A DNA stretch of 64,000 nucleotides. Source: Octopus bimaculoides (Eukaryota). The notes under the pieces are model-generated. The model saw nothing but the letters and a program-made list of their open reading frames with translations, ran no database searches and had not been told where the DNA came from. The translations under genes were made by a program, and so were the position numbers. Below, piece by piece: positions 24,174 through 37,744 of the stretch; positions within the stretch are counted from its first letter, which is position 1, and each line of letters starts with the position of its first letter. The stretch spans positions 81,537,621 through 81,601,620 of the forward strand of contig NC_068983.1 in NCBI RefSeq assembly GCF_001194135.2. The letters are read 5' to 3'.

Positions 24174-25070
24174 CACGAGATGATATCAAAAAGTTCCGGA
24201 CTAGTTCTGTAGCACACCAACCAATGACAGCACACGGTTGCGTGGGTAGTGAGAGTTAGCAGTGGCCTACATGAGGCAGCGTGCCGAGTGACATCGTTGT
24301 ATTTACTTCGCGAGTTGTGAAGTATGTGTTTTTGTGATCACATGTAAGCTGTAGTCTGTGATTTTGTCATGGACTGGAACAAAGAGCCAACGTGAAATTT
24401 TGCGTTAAACTTGGGAAGTCTGCTACAGAGACGTTGAACATGCTTCGGCAAGCTTATGGCGGTGAGGCAATGGGTTGTACGCAATGTTTCGAGTGACATG
24501 GGCGCTTCGAAAGTGGAAGAATATCCCTGGAAGATGATGAGCTGTCTGGAAGACCTGCCACAAGCATCACCTCCGGAAATGTGGTATTGTGCATTTAGAA
24601 TTAATCCCCCAAGGCGAGACCATCAATCGAGAGTTCTACTGTGTCGTTTTGAGGCGTTTAAGGGAGAACATTCGGCGGAAGCGACCGGATCTGTGGAGTC
24701 CGAAGAATTGGATTCTTCACCGAGCTCTTCTCACTCATGAGTTTCTCACCAAAAGCAACATGGTATCACTTCCGCACCCGCCCTGTTCGCCATATTTAGC
24801 GCCCGCAGACTTTCATCTCTTCCCAAAGATGAAAATGTAGCTCAAAGGTCGCTGTTTTAATACCCTTTTCGAGATCCAGAGCGAATCAGAGATGGGTCTC
24901 GACTCGCTTACGGAAAACGACTTCCAGGCCGGATTCCATAAGTGGCAGGAATGCTGGGACCGGTGTATTGGTGCGCAAGGTGACTATTTCGAAGGAGATG
25001 ATGTTAGGACTTAAGTAAATAAGTTATTATTATTTTTTTTATTAAATATAATTAGTCCAGAAACCTCGTA
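24174..25070 (+). mobile_element. Internally deleted mariner element
   Basis: Left TIR cacgagatgatatcaaaaagttccggact, right ...agtccagaaacctcgta. Contains an N-terminal HTH, then QGETINREFY...NWILH...HPPCSPYLAPADFHLFPKMK, and ends AQGDYFEGD. Confidence 0.9.
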
Positions 25071-25072
25071 TA

Positions 25073-25290
25073 TACGAGAGGGTGCTGAAAATTTGCTGGC
25101 TTCAAGGGTATCGCGAAAGGCCCGGTAGTGGCCCAAATTTCCGAATTCTTTTACGGGGATTAGAAAAGCTGAAGGGCCACTGCGATAAGTGTGAATCTTA
25201 GAGGGGAATATGTTAAATAAAATCACAATTAACTGATCCTCCTGTATTTTCTTTTATCCAAAGCCAGAAACTTTTCAGCGCCTACTCGTA
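25073..25290. mobile_element. Mariner-derived MITE, 218 bp
   Basis: TIRs tacgagagggtgctgaaaatttgctggctt / aagccagaaacttttcagcgcctactcgta with TA ends. Confidence 0.85.
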
Positions 25291-25629
25291 TTTGTGTGTG
25301 TGTGTTCGTTTACTGGTTTCAGTCACTGAATGGAATCAGAGTGAATCAATAAACATTCAGCAACTGGAGATGGTGATTAAAGTTCAATTTCATAACTCAG
25401 CCATTTTTAAAATTAAATTGTAAATGCAGCAGAAGACGCATGTGTGATATGAGTGATAGTTTCACCACATCTCTTGTTCTATTATTTCCATTTTGATGTT
25501 TCTTCTTGATACTTGGTTATTATGCGTACAGAAAGAGACATCAAAATGGAAATCAGCAATTCAGAATCTAAACAACAGAATACGAGAAAAAACAAAAACA
25601 AAAACAACAGCAAAAATAATGATTTCAAA

Positions 25630-26045
25630 TTTTGGTACAATCGTCAGCAATTTCGGGGAAGTGCTTAAATCGATTGCATCGACCCCAGTGCTCCGAAAGG
25701 ATGAAAGGCAAAGTCGATCTCGGTGAAAAGTGAACTCAGAATGTGAAGCCTGACGAAATGCCGCTCTACATTTCGTCCGGAGTGCTAACGATTCTGCCAG
25801 CTCGCTGCCTTAATAATCATTTCTACTAAAGGCACAAGGCCTGAAATTTGGGGAGGGGGGGGGGTAATCGATTACATCGACCCCCGCACCCAGTGCTTTA
25901 CTGGTATTTAATTTATCGACTCTCGAAAGGATGAAAGGCAAAGTCGGCCTCGGTGGAATTTGAACTCAGAAAGTAAAGACAGACGATATGCAGCGAAGCA
26001 TTTCGCCCGGTGTGCTAACGATTCTGCCAGCCAGCTCACCGCCTT
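25630..26045 (-). mobile_element. Two tandem SINE family B copies
   Basis: Repeated cgaaaggatgaaaggcaaagtc...tgaactcagaa...gtgctaacgattctgccagc at 25630-25810 and 25820-26045. Confidence 0.8.
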
Positions 26046-26239
26046 AATAACAACAACAACAATAATGATGATGATGATGATGATGATAAACAAGCCTGAG
26101 CGTAAACCATATTGTATTCACATGCAAGTTTGATTTTATGTTTGTATATGCGCGCACGCGTATTTGTGTGTGTGTGTGTGTGTGCATTATTGTGTGACAG
26201 TGTGTACACCCGTACATGTGTGCGCATCAATTGTCAGAT

Positions 26240-27240
26240 TAACGGTGTCTATTGATGCCAGTGTCTGGTTATTAAAAGGCTTCCCTATGAAAGCATGTCT
26301 CTCGCATCAGAAGCATCGCTTCCTCCCTTTTTTTTTTTCCCTGATCCACATTGTCTACCTCTTCGCTTCTTTTAACTCATCCTTTTACCATTCTTGCTTG
26401 TACAGATCGGTCAGTAGTTAGTTAATAGGGATTTTTTTCCCCCCCTCTTTTTTTTCTTTTTTTTTTTTTTGGAAAGTGGAAGGAGGCTGGCTTCAACGTA
26501 AATGGTTCTGTAAATGGGCAGTAAGTACAATTGCAGCATCAGCAGTAGCAAGGGGAAGCAGCTGCAGCAATAACAACAACTGCATCGTCAGCAACGTTAT
26601 TATCATCATCATCATCATCATCGTCATCATCATCATCAGCCACAACATCAACAACAACAGCAGTAGCATCACTAGTAAACAAGAGCAGCAGCGTTTGGAG
26701 TTTCAGCAGCAATGGTAGCCAATTTGCATGCTATTCCAATTTGCGACTCAATGAACGACCAGATTGATATCGGACCGAGTACAAAAATAAAACAATCAAA
26801 ACAATAAACAACAACAACAACAACGCAAAAAACAAAGAAACAAAGAAAGAGAAAAAGAACGAATTTAAGGGTTTTGCTCTGTGACGGCTATTGACGGGCA
26901 GGGGAAGTATGGATTGTAGTGGCGTTGCACAATCGCTTCTTGCCTTGTGGCGTGGTGTTACTGTGTCTAATAGACTTTGGCAGTTGCAGGTCTAATGGCA
27001 GAGATGGTCTGGCGATGATAAGTCAGTGCAAGACGGACAAGAACGTCAGATGTAGCACGGCTTTATCACATGATACATCTTCACTCCTTACGATTTTGGC
27101 AGTTATGAGAATGGGAAAGTGGGAGTGTGGAGAAGAGGCTGTGGGAGTAGGAGAGAACTAGGGGAAGGGAAGAGGAGAATGGAGTAAGCGCGTATACAGT
27201 ATATAGGACATGGAAATAACTGAGTATATATCATATATAT
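26240..27240. promoter_or_regulatory. CpG-retaining, non-TE island resembling a promoter or long 5'UTR exon
   Basis: Unique CpG-containing sequence interspersed with (CAT)n/(CAA)n/(CAG)n. Minus-strand aagaATG|GTAAAA at 26391-26383; plus-strand acceptor-like tract ending tacAG at 26405. Confidence 0.35.
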
Positions 27241-27249
27241 TTGTGTGTT

Positions 27250-27253
27250 AGCA

Positions 27254-27314
<61 letters not shown>

Positions 27315-27530
27315 CAGACACATAGAAAAGACTGGAGTTCATGAGTATGTATGTATGCATGTGTGTGTATGGATATATATGTATATGTATGTATACCTAT
27401 GTATGTGTGTATATATATATATATGTGTGTATGTATTAAGGGCACAACTACACGTAAATTAATTCTATATATACATATGTGTATATATACATATGCATAT
27501 ATATACATATGTATATATATATATACATAC

Positions 27531-27561
<31 letters not shown>

Positions 27562-27566
27562 CATAC

Positions 27567-27599
<33 letters not shown>

Positions 27600-27608
27600 C
27601 ATACATAT

Positions 27609-27667
<59 letters not shown>

Positions 27668-28228
27668 TATATAAAGGGAGAGCTTGTGTGCGAGAGAAAG
27701 AGAGGCAGAGAAGATTTGAGTTCATGCGTTTCTGTGTGCGTGCGCGCGAACATGAAGAGAATGTGTGAGAGAAAGAGAGAAGGAAAGAAAGAGACAGAGA
27801 AAAGAAAGAGAGAGAGAGAGGGAGAGATTGATGGCAAAAGAAAGATGGATTCCAAATTTTCTGAAGATGGCCTGAATGAAGATGAAGGGGATTATATACA
27901 AAGAAAAAAAAGACGTGGTACGAAAAAGAGATGGGGAAATATAGAAGATAGGCACGGATAGTGACAGGCACAAAGCTAGTGAGGGAGCAAAGCAGATACA
28001 TATATAGATTGTAAGAAAGCGAGAGAAAGAGCATTGATGAAAGAGAAAATGATAGATGTTTGTGAGTGGGGGAGAGAGATAATAGATTATGTGTATAATA
28101 TATAGAGTATTGAGGCGTGAGGCAAATGCAGAGAGAAAGAGAGAGAGAGGCGGGTAGATAGAGATCGTAAGCAAAGACATGATTACAAATATAAAAGGAG
28201 GATGATTGATAGAGTAAGAATAACAGTA

Positions 28229-28269
<41 letters not shown>

Positions 28270-28470
28270 TGTGAGAGAGCAAAAGAGTTACAGAGAAATG
28301 TAAAAAGAGCGAGTTAGAGCGAGGGAAAGAAATATATATATATATTATGCGTGAATGAGTGTGTATATGTGTGTGGTTGGCAAATGAGAGAGAGAAAATA
28401 ATTGATGAAAAATAAGAATGGGTGAGAGATAAAAGGAAACTGGAGGTTGAGGGAGATGGGAACAATGATA
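27250..28470. repeat. (GA)n, (TA)n and purine-rich low-complexity block
   Basis: Direct reading. Confidence 0.9.
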
Positions 28471-28568
28471 GAGCCGTAAATAATAGAATTACTATTTTGT
28501 TAACTTTGAATTAGGTTGAGTAAGTAATCAGTTCCTTCTATTTACATGTTCTGAACGAACCATTTCAC

Positions 28569-28628
28569 CTTTGTCTGCTTCCTTTCTACACTTCTGTCGT
28601 CTTGCAAAGAAAGTAAAATAAGACATTC
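28569..28628 (-). CDS. Candidate 60-nt micro-exon
   Basis: ttttggttacAG acceptor and AAG|GTGAAA donor. Two open frames (ECLILLSLQDDRSVERKQTK or MSYFTFFARRQKCRKEADK). Unrecognised. Confidence 0.2.
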
Positions 28629-29064
28629 CTGTAACCAAAACTGGTACAAGTTAAACCTTATTATGATCATATCTAAATTTCATTGATAAGCTATTACTAA
28701 ACTAGTGTGAATTCATCAAAGAATTTTTATAATTTTCTATCAGATTTACATTTAAATTGCTCTGTTAGCGTTAATGGTATTTAACATGGTGAACATTTAA
28801 AAACTAACAAGGAATAATTAGGCAATCAGGGACAAAATATTTGTCAATGGGAAATATTCGTTTTCTTGATCAGCTTTTATAGAAGACAACGCCGGATATA
28901 CTTAAGCCTTCTTCTCACTTCATCAACGAAGTGTAGCTTTCACCGTTATTTGTTGATTTAGTAATACAAGATTCTACACTTCATTTACAATTGTTCTGTA
29001 TTTGGAGTTTCTAGTGTCAGTAACATAATCTGGTGTGTGTATATGTGTGTGTGTACGCGTGTAT

Positions 29065-29097
<33 letters not shown>

Positions 29098-29499
29098 TAT
29101 CTGGACAATCAAGCCAGAAACACACCTGATCCTTCGGATGTTTAGTTTTGTGGGTTGAATTGACCACAGCTTCTGAGCAATGTTGGTTCTCATTGGCCGT
29201 TCACACTGCGTAATTAGCTGATGTCTCTTCAGCTTTCTTTGGTTTGTATACTTCTGACTGCGTTACTGCTTGTCTATTTGTTTCTGAGTGTATGCATGTA
29301 TATGTGTTTATGAGAACCATAACATATGAAAATAAACAACCTTGGTCCCTGTCGGTATATCTACAATATTTTTGGGAACAGCTCTTTAGGTGTTGCTTAA
29401 TTTTCATTCTGAAAGGTTTTAGAACGGGCACAAGAAAAAAGGAAAATAGCATTATGTCTATCCCTTGAACTTGTAGTGGGTGTTACAAACTGAGCCCTT

Positions 29500-29860
29500 G
29501 GATAAGCGGTCAAACATCACGAGAAAACCATCATAGTTTCACGGGATCGGCCTATCGCCCGACTAGTCAGTGTGAAGCGATGGTGAGGACGTCTTCTCGG
29601 ACATTCTAGAATTTGACTTTCGTTTTCTTATACAAAACGTTCGGCGCACATTTTTAGCAGTCACTCAACCCAAGAAGGCAGCTAAAACAGATGGCGCAAG
29701 TAAATGACAAACCACCGTTTCTATGAAGATGGCACAGTTGTTTCCGGTTATGTTGGACAAACCACTTATTGTCGTATCAATAGCTTGACGTAAATTCCAA
29801 GCATTGTATCTCTTCCAGTATGTATTTATCTGTAAAAGCTCAACACTGCTTGTCTTTATG
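29500..29860 (+). mobile_element. Decayed non-LTR RT-region fragment (Rex1/Babar- or L2-like)
   Basis: Translates VRRTFLAVTQPKKAAKTDG, compare VRRTFKRVNPRKAAGPDG; heavily disrupted. Confidence 0.4.
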
Positions 29861-30441
29861 CGCGACAATAAAATTTTCTGTTAAATGTTCACAGATGTTG
29901 TTCAGTTACTTGTATACGCAGGACAAGAAACATATTTTCAATCATGAACTCAACGAGCCACCACCACAGACTGAGACAAACTTATTCTTTTGTTCCCAAC
30001 AGAAACAAGTATAACTCAACAATTTAGCTGCATATTACAGTTGTGTGCTGTTATTTAATCTCATGTAATATCCGAGTGTCCACAATGAGGAGTACAAGCA
30101 ATAGTTAAAAATAGAAAAAGGACCCCTGTGTTTGTGTAGATAAGATGATAAGTTCATTATTTACACCATTTCTGTATCATCTTCAAGTGAAGATATAGTC
30201 CCGTCACAAAATATGCACATGCACACTTCAAAAGCTGAACTCGTATTTATACATCTGTGGATATATATACACATACATACATACACACACACATATACAT
30301 ACATACATACATGTACACATATATATATATATATACATATATACATATACATACATATATATATATACATATGCAAACATACATATATGTATATATATAC
30401 ATACATACATATATACACAACACATATATATATATACACAT

Positions 30442-30473
<32 letters not shown>

Positions 30474-31719
30474 CATACATATATACACAACACATATATA
30501 TATATACACACACACACACATCAGTTTAGAAACAGGCATAGGTGACTGTGTGTTCAAGAAATTTATTTCGCAACTACGTAGTTCCGAGTCGGATCCCATT
30601 GCACAGTACTTTGGTCAAGCGACCTCTACAATAACTTCACATTTTCCAACACCTTATGAGTGGAATTTTAGTAGATGGAAACTGTGTAGAAGCCCATCAG
30701 TTCTACACGCATGCATGCACGCACACACATATATATAGGTAATATTTGTGTGCATATGTACAGGGCCAGCAACACACAGTAAGCAAGCAAATTGGGTGGT
30801 CGCTGAAGGTGTTGAAGTCGAGACCCAACAAATGATAGAAAGTTTCTTAATCCAATTAAAAACGCGAAAGCGATCAAGGGAGGTCACTCCCAGAACAAAG
30901 ACAAAAAAAACACAGGAGTGGCGATGAGAGGCTTATGTAATGTTATGGACTTGTCTCATGGTTTAGTGAGGAATATCTCAAATATTACCCGTTAATAGAT
31001 TTACTCATTGATACGCTTGATCATATTACTGTAGATTTCTTGTTCGCAGGATAATTAACATTTTGACTGCATTTTGCAATTGATGTAATGAGAATAATCA
31101 TTGGACGGTGAAGCACTAGTTGAGAGGAGGCCATATCGTTGGCCTAGGGCGTTGAAAACAATAGCAGCAACCCAGTGTGTGTGTGTGTGGTGAGAGAAAG
31201 AAAGGGAGAAAGACATGTATGTAGTAGTCTGTGCATATCTGTGTCAGTGTTTATGTTGTAGTTGTGTGTGTGATGTAACTTGACAGACAGATAACGAGAG
31301 AGCAATGAAATAAGACTGAAGTAAGTGGTGGAATCAATATAATCAACTAAAACTCTTAAAAGCAGTACTCCAAACATGACTGCAGTGCAATGGACGAAAC
31401 CACTAAACGATCCTAACCTGATAATGATTTGATAAAATTCAGTACACTTTGTACAGGTAGATTATCCAAAAATCATAATTTGGACTTTATAGTTTGGCAA
31501 AGAAATATGCGTCTTGTTTACAGCCACAATGTCAAAAGTCCTAATTGTTAATTACCCTGCTATTGAATCTAACATTCAAGCACACACACTCCTTCTCATA
31601 CATATTCCTTTCTTATAAACTATCCCCCACCACACATACACAGATAGACAGTGGTGGAAATGGGTTTTAGTAACTCGAAATACGCTTAGGCCCGTGAAGT
31701 TAATTTTGGGAAGAAGTAC

Positions 31720-31784
31720 CTCCTTCTTGTAATCAAAAATGCGGGGACGCAGTTCTCTGTGGATCCTTTCCTCATTTCCCCTCA
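31720..31784 (-). CDS. Candidate 65-nt micro-exon
   Basis: Tandem acceptor ...ttcatcaTAGagCAG and GAG|GTACTT donor. Open frame RGNEERIHRELRPRIFDYKKE. Confidence 0.2.
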
Positions 31785-32679
31785 CTGCTCTATGATGAAA
31801 TATTGATTAAATGTCTAAGGCAATAATTATTTCTTTTGGGGGCAGGGAAGACGGTGCTATTCACCCCATTCTTAGAGATTAAACATTTAAAGTAAAGTTT
31901 ACATTTACACAGAATTCCGATCTATTTGATTTCAAATGGTCATCGGGTGTTTTATTTCTGAACAAATGCATAGTACGGTTAAGAGTTGCCATGAGACTGA
32001 AAAACAACAAAGACGACAATCGCTTTTCCTTTTCTTATTTTTTAATATCTAATATTATAATGTTCTGTATGAAAGATTGCATTATACCTATCTTTCTGAG
32101 GTGGCGAGCTTAGCAGAATCCTTAGTACGCCCGACAAAATGTTATTCAACCATATCTTTTAGGCAGCTGTATTGAGTTGGTATCAACTTTGAGCTGACTG
32201 AATGATTAGGTTGTCGGCAAACATTATTTACACGTACACTATCCTTGATTCCAAGTTTCCGCTGTGATTGTCGATCATTTTCTATTACGTAATATGATAT
32301 ACTAGCTGCCCCCCCCCGTGCCGTCAAAAATGACCGCTAATTGTAGTGTTTTATATATAAATATGGATGGTAAATCAAAATTAATACACTTGTCAATGTT
32401 CACATACATTTACGTACTCCCCTTCCTCATTCATATGTTGTAACGGAGAAAAACACAAGGGTATTATTACAGTAGATGATTTTTTTTCTCCCCATTTAGC
32501 CATACCTGCATTTCTTTCCAACCGGAGTATTTCCTTTTTCATTACGGCTTTTCGATGTTCTTTTTCGCATCTCAAGTGGCCTCCTAATTTGTTCTTAACA
32601 AGATCGGATAAGAATGTTACATAGATGCATTGGCTCGGGAACAAGAAGTGGAGGTGGATGCAAGCGCAAACTCCTAAAA

Positions 32680-32815
32680 TTTTGGTGAGTTCAAATTCCG
32701 CCGGGATCGACTATGCCTTTCATCCTTTCGGAGTCGATAGTTGCGTACTGGCGTCGATCTAATCGACTGATCCCCTCCCCTAAAATTTCGGGCCTTGTGC
32801 TAGAGTAGAAAAGAA
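32680..32815 (+). mobile_element. SINE family B 3' portion
   Basis: gagttcaaattccgcc...gcctttcatcctttcggagtcgata...ggccttgtgc. Confidence 0.75.
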
Positions 32816-34272
32816 TATTAAGACTGAAAAAATCGACTTTGTTTGTAATAGAATTGGACCTGGGTTTGTAACCCGCTAAGCAAATTTCATTCCCGAACTT
32901 ATTCGTAGATGCAGTTCTTACGTTCTAGTAATTCATTAATGGGTTTAGCTGAGGGAAAGAATCTCCGAAGTGGCGTATTACTTTTTAACTGAGTTCTGAT
33001 GTATGTGTTGCAGATTTTCTGAATTTTCTCAGAACTAACACTTGCAGTAAAGCAGAGATACACGAGAGTGTGATTTAACTGCCAATTTCTACTCGAGTGT
33101 GGATGAAAGCCTTACGTCACGAGCCAGTCATTTATTATTTTAGATTGTGTTTAAGGAGACCCTTTTCTTTTGAATAAGCTAATAAACTAGTGCAGATTAG
33201 TTTTGTCAGAAATTGGTGACAATTCCTTTCGTAACAGAGGTGAGACTCAGTTTAAATAGAATCCAGTGGCTATACTTAGACATTCCAGGCAAGACTATCC
33301 TGTTTTATTCAAGTATAGTGATTGAAAACATACATTATAGCCTTCTTTCTTATGAACAGGTCATGTCAAGTACCTAACTATAATAGAGGTTCCTTCAAGG
33401 GCTTGTGTGAAAGGATGTTTTTGTTGCTTAGCTCATATCAACTCCGACTGAGACGACCTATGATCAAATGTCCTCCAGCTGTGACAATTCTGTCTTTCTG
33501 GATATATATAGAATTACGTTATTTAATGTATTTTTCCTTGATTACGATTGAAGTTGGTATATTTTTAAAAAATAAGATATTTTTAACATGATGATTTTTT
33601 AAATCATATTTTGTTTTAGACAAATTTTGTTGTTATATCTCTTAATGTTGTTACTAGGATTAACGCGGATAAAACTGAAACCAAATTTTTGTATTAGAGG
33701 TAGAGAAAAATTTCGCATTTTCTTTTAAATTACTTTATTTTTTATTCTTTTCTTGTATGTAAATGTATGTGTGTATGATTTAACGAAATTCATAAAATAG
33801 ATAACTTTTATGGAAACGAAAAGAAAAAAACGAAAAATGTAAACTATTTGAAAATATACAATATTTAGAATTGTCCTTTCATGAATGTTTTCCATTCAAT
33901 GTAGTGGAATATGTCTTTTTAGTTCATGTGAAGTTAATTAAGTGTATGTTTCTCTGATGTTAACAAACAGATTCATGCTGGGATAGTATAATTGTAATTA
34001 GCTATCTCTTCCGTTGATTTCTTAATGGCTGCAAGATTTCAAAGCTTTTGATAAATTTTTAATAATCACATTCTCGCGTCTTTGTATTAAGTTCAATATT
34101 GGATCACTATCATCTCTCTCTCACTCTTTCCCTCCCCCTCTCTCTCTATTTATCTTATACATATAAACGCGCATACATCACTTGTTCTATCCATATACAT
34201 ACATACATATACATATATATATATCAATGTGCGTGCGTGTTTGCAAGTGTTTGTATGCACAAGTGTGTGTGC

Positions 34273-34315
<43 letters not shown>

Positions 34316-34837
34316 CGTATATATATTCTTGTCTGTAATTAATTATCCCTGGATAATATAGAAATATAAAGGTGAAACAAGCAATGATCTTGGCAGGGGT
34401 GTCATAACACTTGTTCATGCACATCCAATAGTTTGAAGGTTGATCTTTGTTAGAAGTAGGTGCCCATTTTACCAAGTAAACAATGTTATGTCTAACAAAG
34501 AACACGTACATATCAATACATAAATGCATTCGTACACATATACACGCGCATGTACATACGTGTATACATCTGCTGTTTTATTTGCTTCTTTGATAGCCTC
34601 TCATCTTTCTGTCATTCTCTCTTCATTTTCATTATATTATGCTGCTAGGGTAACTAAGGATGATGTTGAAACTTCTCCTACTTGCTGAACCATGCTTCCA
34701 GTGCAACTAAGGATAAAATTGGACCTCTCTGACTGTCTCATCTCTCCAACACACAAGCTAATCCGTTATCCGCTTCACTCTGTTTCTCTCACCAATAATT
34801 TTGCATATGCATAAGGGATTGCATCAAATATGCTTAC

Positions 34838-34873
34838 CTTCAATACACTTTATCATTAATCTTTGTACATTTC
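34838..34873 (-). CDS. Candidate 36-nt micro-exon
   Basis: Consensus donor AAG|GTAAGC, acceptor aaaacAG with an upstream actaat branch-like site. The single open frame is NVQRLMIKCIE. Confidence 0.2.
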
Positions 34874-37075
34874 CTGTTTTAAGGTGTTATTAGTGTGTCG
34901 TCATTGAGGCGGTGTTAGTTTGTTGCGGGGCCCACCCCAATAATGAACCGCAATGAGTACATCGCTGAAATTCGTTTATTTGTTATTTCTGTAATTTTAT
35001 TTATATTGCATATGAAAGTTTTTTTCTAATGGTCGCCAGTAGTGTACGACTATAACTAAAAAAAAAAAAGAAGTTAGTTATACTTAAACCATGAACAGAA
35101 GAGATTAGTGTTGTTTGATACCCAGGAATAAGTCATTTCTCAGTATTCAAGATGTCCTTTGTACTCTGGGCTGAAATTCAGTAAGGGAGAACTCCACGTT
35201 GCTTTCGTTATGTTGGACCTTCCTCTCTGGTTTGATCTTTGGTAGGCTTTCGTCTTACTTCCCTTCTTGCATGGGAAAAGATCATAGAAGATTCGATCAT
35301 GTTCTACATGGCGTGATGTTTCTGCAAGCTGATAGTCTGGTCATCAGGGAACGTCACCGGACCAAAATGAGGTTTTAGCTGATAACTGAACATGTGTCGT
35401 TTCAAATCAAACTCTCACTATGCAGTCGTCATTCCCTCACCACTTGGCCACTTGTCATCAACAACCATGATTCATCGACTGTTTATCTTTCTGATAATAT
35501 CCATCACTCACTTACCTCTAAACAGTCAACTCCTTCCAATCTCATTGTTTCTATCACAATACTCTTGCTCTCTTCACCTACTTACCCCCAATTTTGTCAC
35601 CACTCTCCTCTATAGACTTATGGTCACCCTCCCATGAATCACAGAAAACATCATATTATAGTGAGCACTCTTTACCTTGAAAATCTCAAAGCAACCCCAC
35701 TAGTGCTGGGGCCGCAATAAAAATAAAATTCCTCCAGTACCCTCTGTAAAGTGGTTGGTGAGCAAGCAGGGACAGTGTGGTGTTGGAAACGACTCTTTAG
35801 GCTGACGATGGACATGACAATCTCTCTAGTTTTGGTGCCATGTTAAAATGCACCCTCTTCACTCTGTAATATGGCTGTTGCTAGGAAGGGTATTGAACCG
35901 TAGAATCTACATAAAAATTGCAATGTATGAATGAAACATGAACATCTGACCCATCTTTCAGGGCAGTGACTCCAAATAAGAGCAGACTTAGACTGTGACA
36001 ATTTATCCAATCTATGCTAGCATAGAAAGCAAATACAAAAATTATAACACACACACGTGTGTGTGTGTTCTGATAGAAGCACACTCAACCACTGAGAAAG
36101 TGTAGTACTCTTTATACATCTTAAATTACAGAAAGCGTCTGAACTTAATCAGTCGTTTAAACATCATCAAAGTGTTGCAGGTTTGTGAGGCTTTATTGTT
36201 GATAGGAAGATTTTCTAGTTATTGAGGTGTTGTAATACATCCACAATGCGTGTTCATAATATAATGTAATCATTATTGTATCCTGCCTGAAGAGTTATTT
36301 TTCATACATGATCATCCATTTTATAGCTAGGGTGCATTTGGTTTATATAGTATATCTTTTGTCTGTTTTGTGCATGTTTGTTTTGTACTGGGTGTTGTGC
36401 TATTTATTGTGTTGAAAATATTTCTATCTCTCATAACATGTCTCTAAAACAAGTAGTCATTGAAACATTCAGCACAAAATAAAACAAATTAAGAAAAATA
36501 TCTAGTTGATAACACAACTATCTTATAAATAACTGAAAGCCATATTAATAGTAAAATTTAACAAAGATAGTAGACCTGAACAACATCAGAGAACATGATC
36601 AAAATATCCTCTCTCCTACCTCCACCTTATTGCTGAAAGAAATCTTACACCGATGATTAGAAAATTTCAAGTTTAGTGATAACAAATTAGGAACAGATAC
36701 CAATTCTATTCCTATGATTCTTGCCTACAATAACAAAAAAAAAAAAAATACAGCAATAATAGAGAGTAATTGTTAATCTGAAACAATACAACAATAACAG
36801 TATATAATCCAGAAGATAAAACTGGGAAAGTGTTGAAATGTCCATAGACCTAAATGATTTAATGTTCCATGCAAAACATAAAAGACTAATAAGTAATTGG
36901 GGAAAATCCTTGAAAAATTTAATCTAAAACTGGAGCGAAGTTGTGTTTTCAATAAAACACACATCCATATCGACACAGGCACATATATATTTCTGTATGG
37001 TTGTGCTTCTGTTCATGGATGTAAATATGATTGTTTGTATATATGTATGTATGTATATGTACACACAGGCATATG

Positions 37076-37116
<41 letters not shown>

Positions 37117-37259
37117 GAGTCATATTATGAAATATTTATACCCCTATATCCTTCTATTATTCCTTCAATCTCTCATCAACTGACACAAAGCCATGCCCCT
37201 CAGTGCTATTTCCCCCATTGGAGAGGACTCTGTTTTCCAAGTTACTTGGTAACCGCAAC

Positions 37260-37710
37260 AGTGCTGGTGTCATGAAAAAAAACACCCAGTATATTCTGTA
37301 AAGTGTTTGGCATTAGGAAGGGCATCAGGCTGTAGGAACCATGGCAAAACAGACAATAGAACTTGGCACAGTTCTCTGTTTTGCCAGCTCTTATCAAACT
37401 ACTTCGCCCATGCCAGCATGTAAAACAGACGTTAGATAACATTGATGGTTATGATGATGATATATATATATGTGTGTGTGTGTGTGTATAAATATATCTA
37501 TATGTAATATAAAGTGAAATTTTAGTTGTAGCCAGTAAAAGGCATACACTACACTCTTGGAGTGGTTGGTGTTAGGAAGGGCATCCAGCCGTAGAATCCC
37601 AAACCAAATCAGACTGTTACCTGATACAGCTCACTAGCTTACCTGTTCCAGTCAAACCGTCTAACCCATGCCAGCATGGAAAACAGATGCTAAATGATGA
37701 TGATGAGGAT
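37260..37710 (+). mobile_element. Two tandem RTE 3'-end copies
   Basis: ggaagggcatc...catgccagcatg...gatgatgat at 37260-37460 and 37530-37710. Confidence 0.75.
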
Positions 37711-37744
37711 GTGTACTTGTGTATATGTGTGTATATATATGTAT

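Noticed and set aside
26476-27161. Plus-strand ORFs of about 80 aa in the CpG island
   Set aside because: Microsatellite-derived or lacking ATG and a credible donor; no protein similarity recognised.
32300-32350. Possible minus-strand Helitron 3' end (...gggcagCTAGt)
   Set aside because: No clear hairpin and no associated body sequence.
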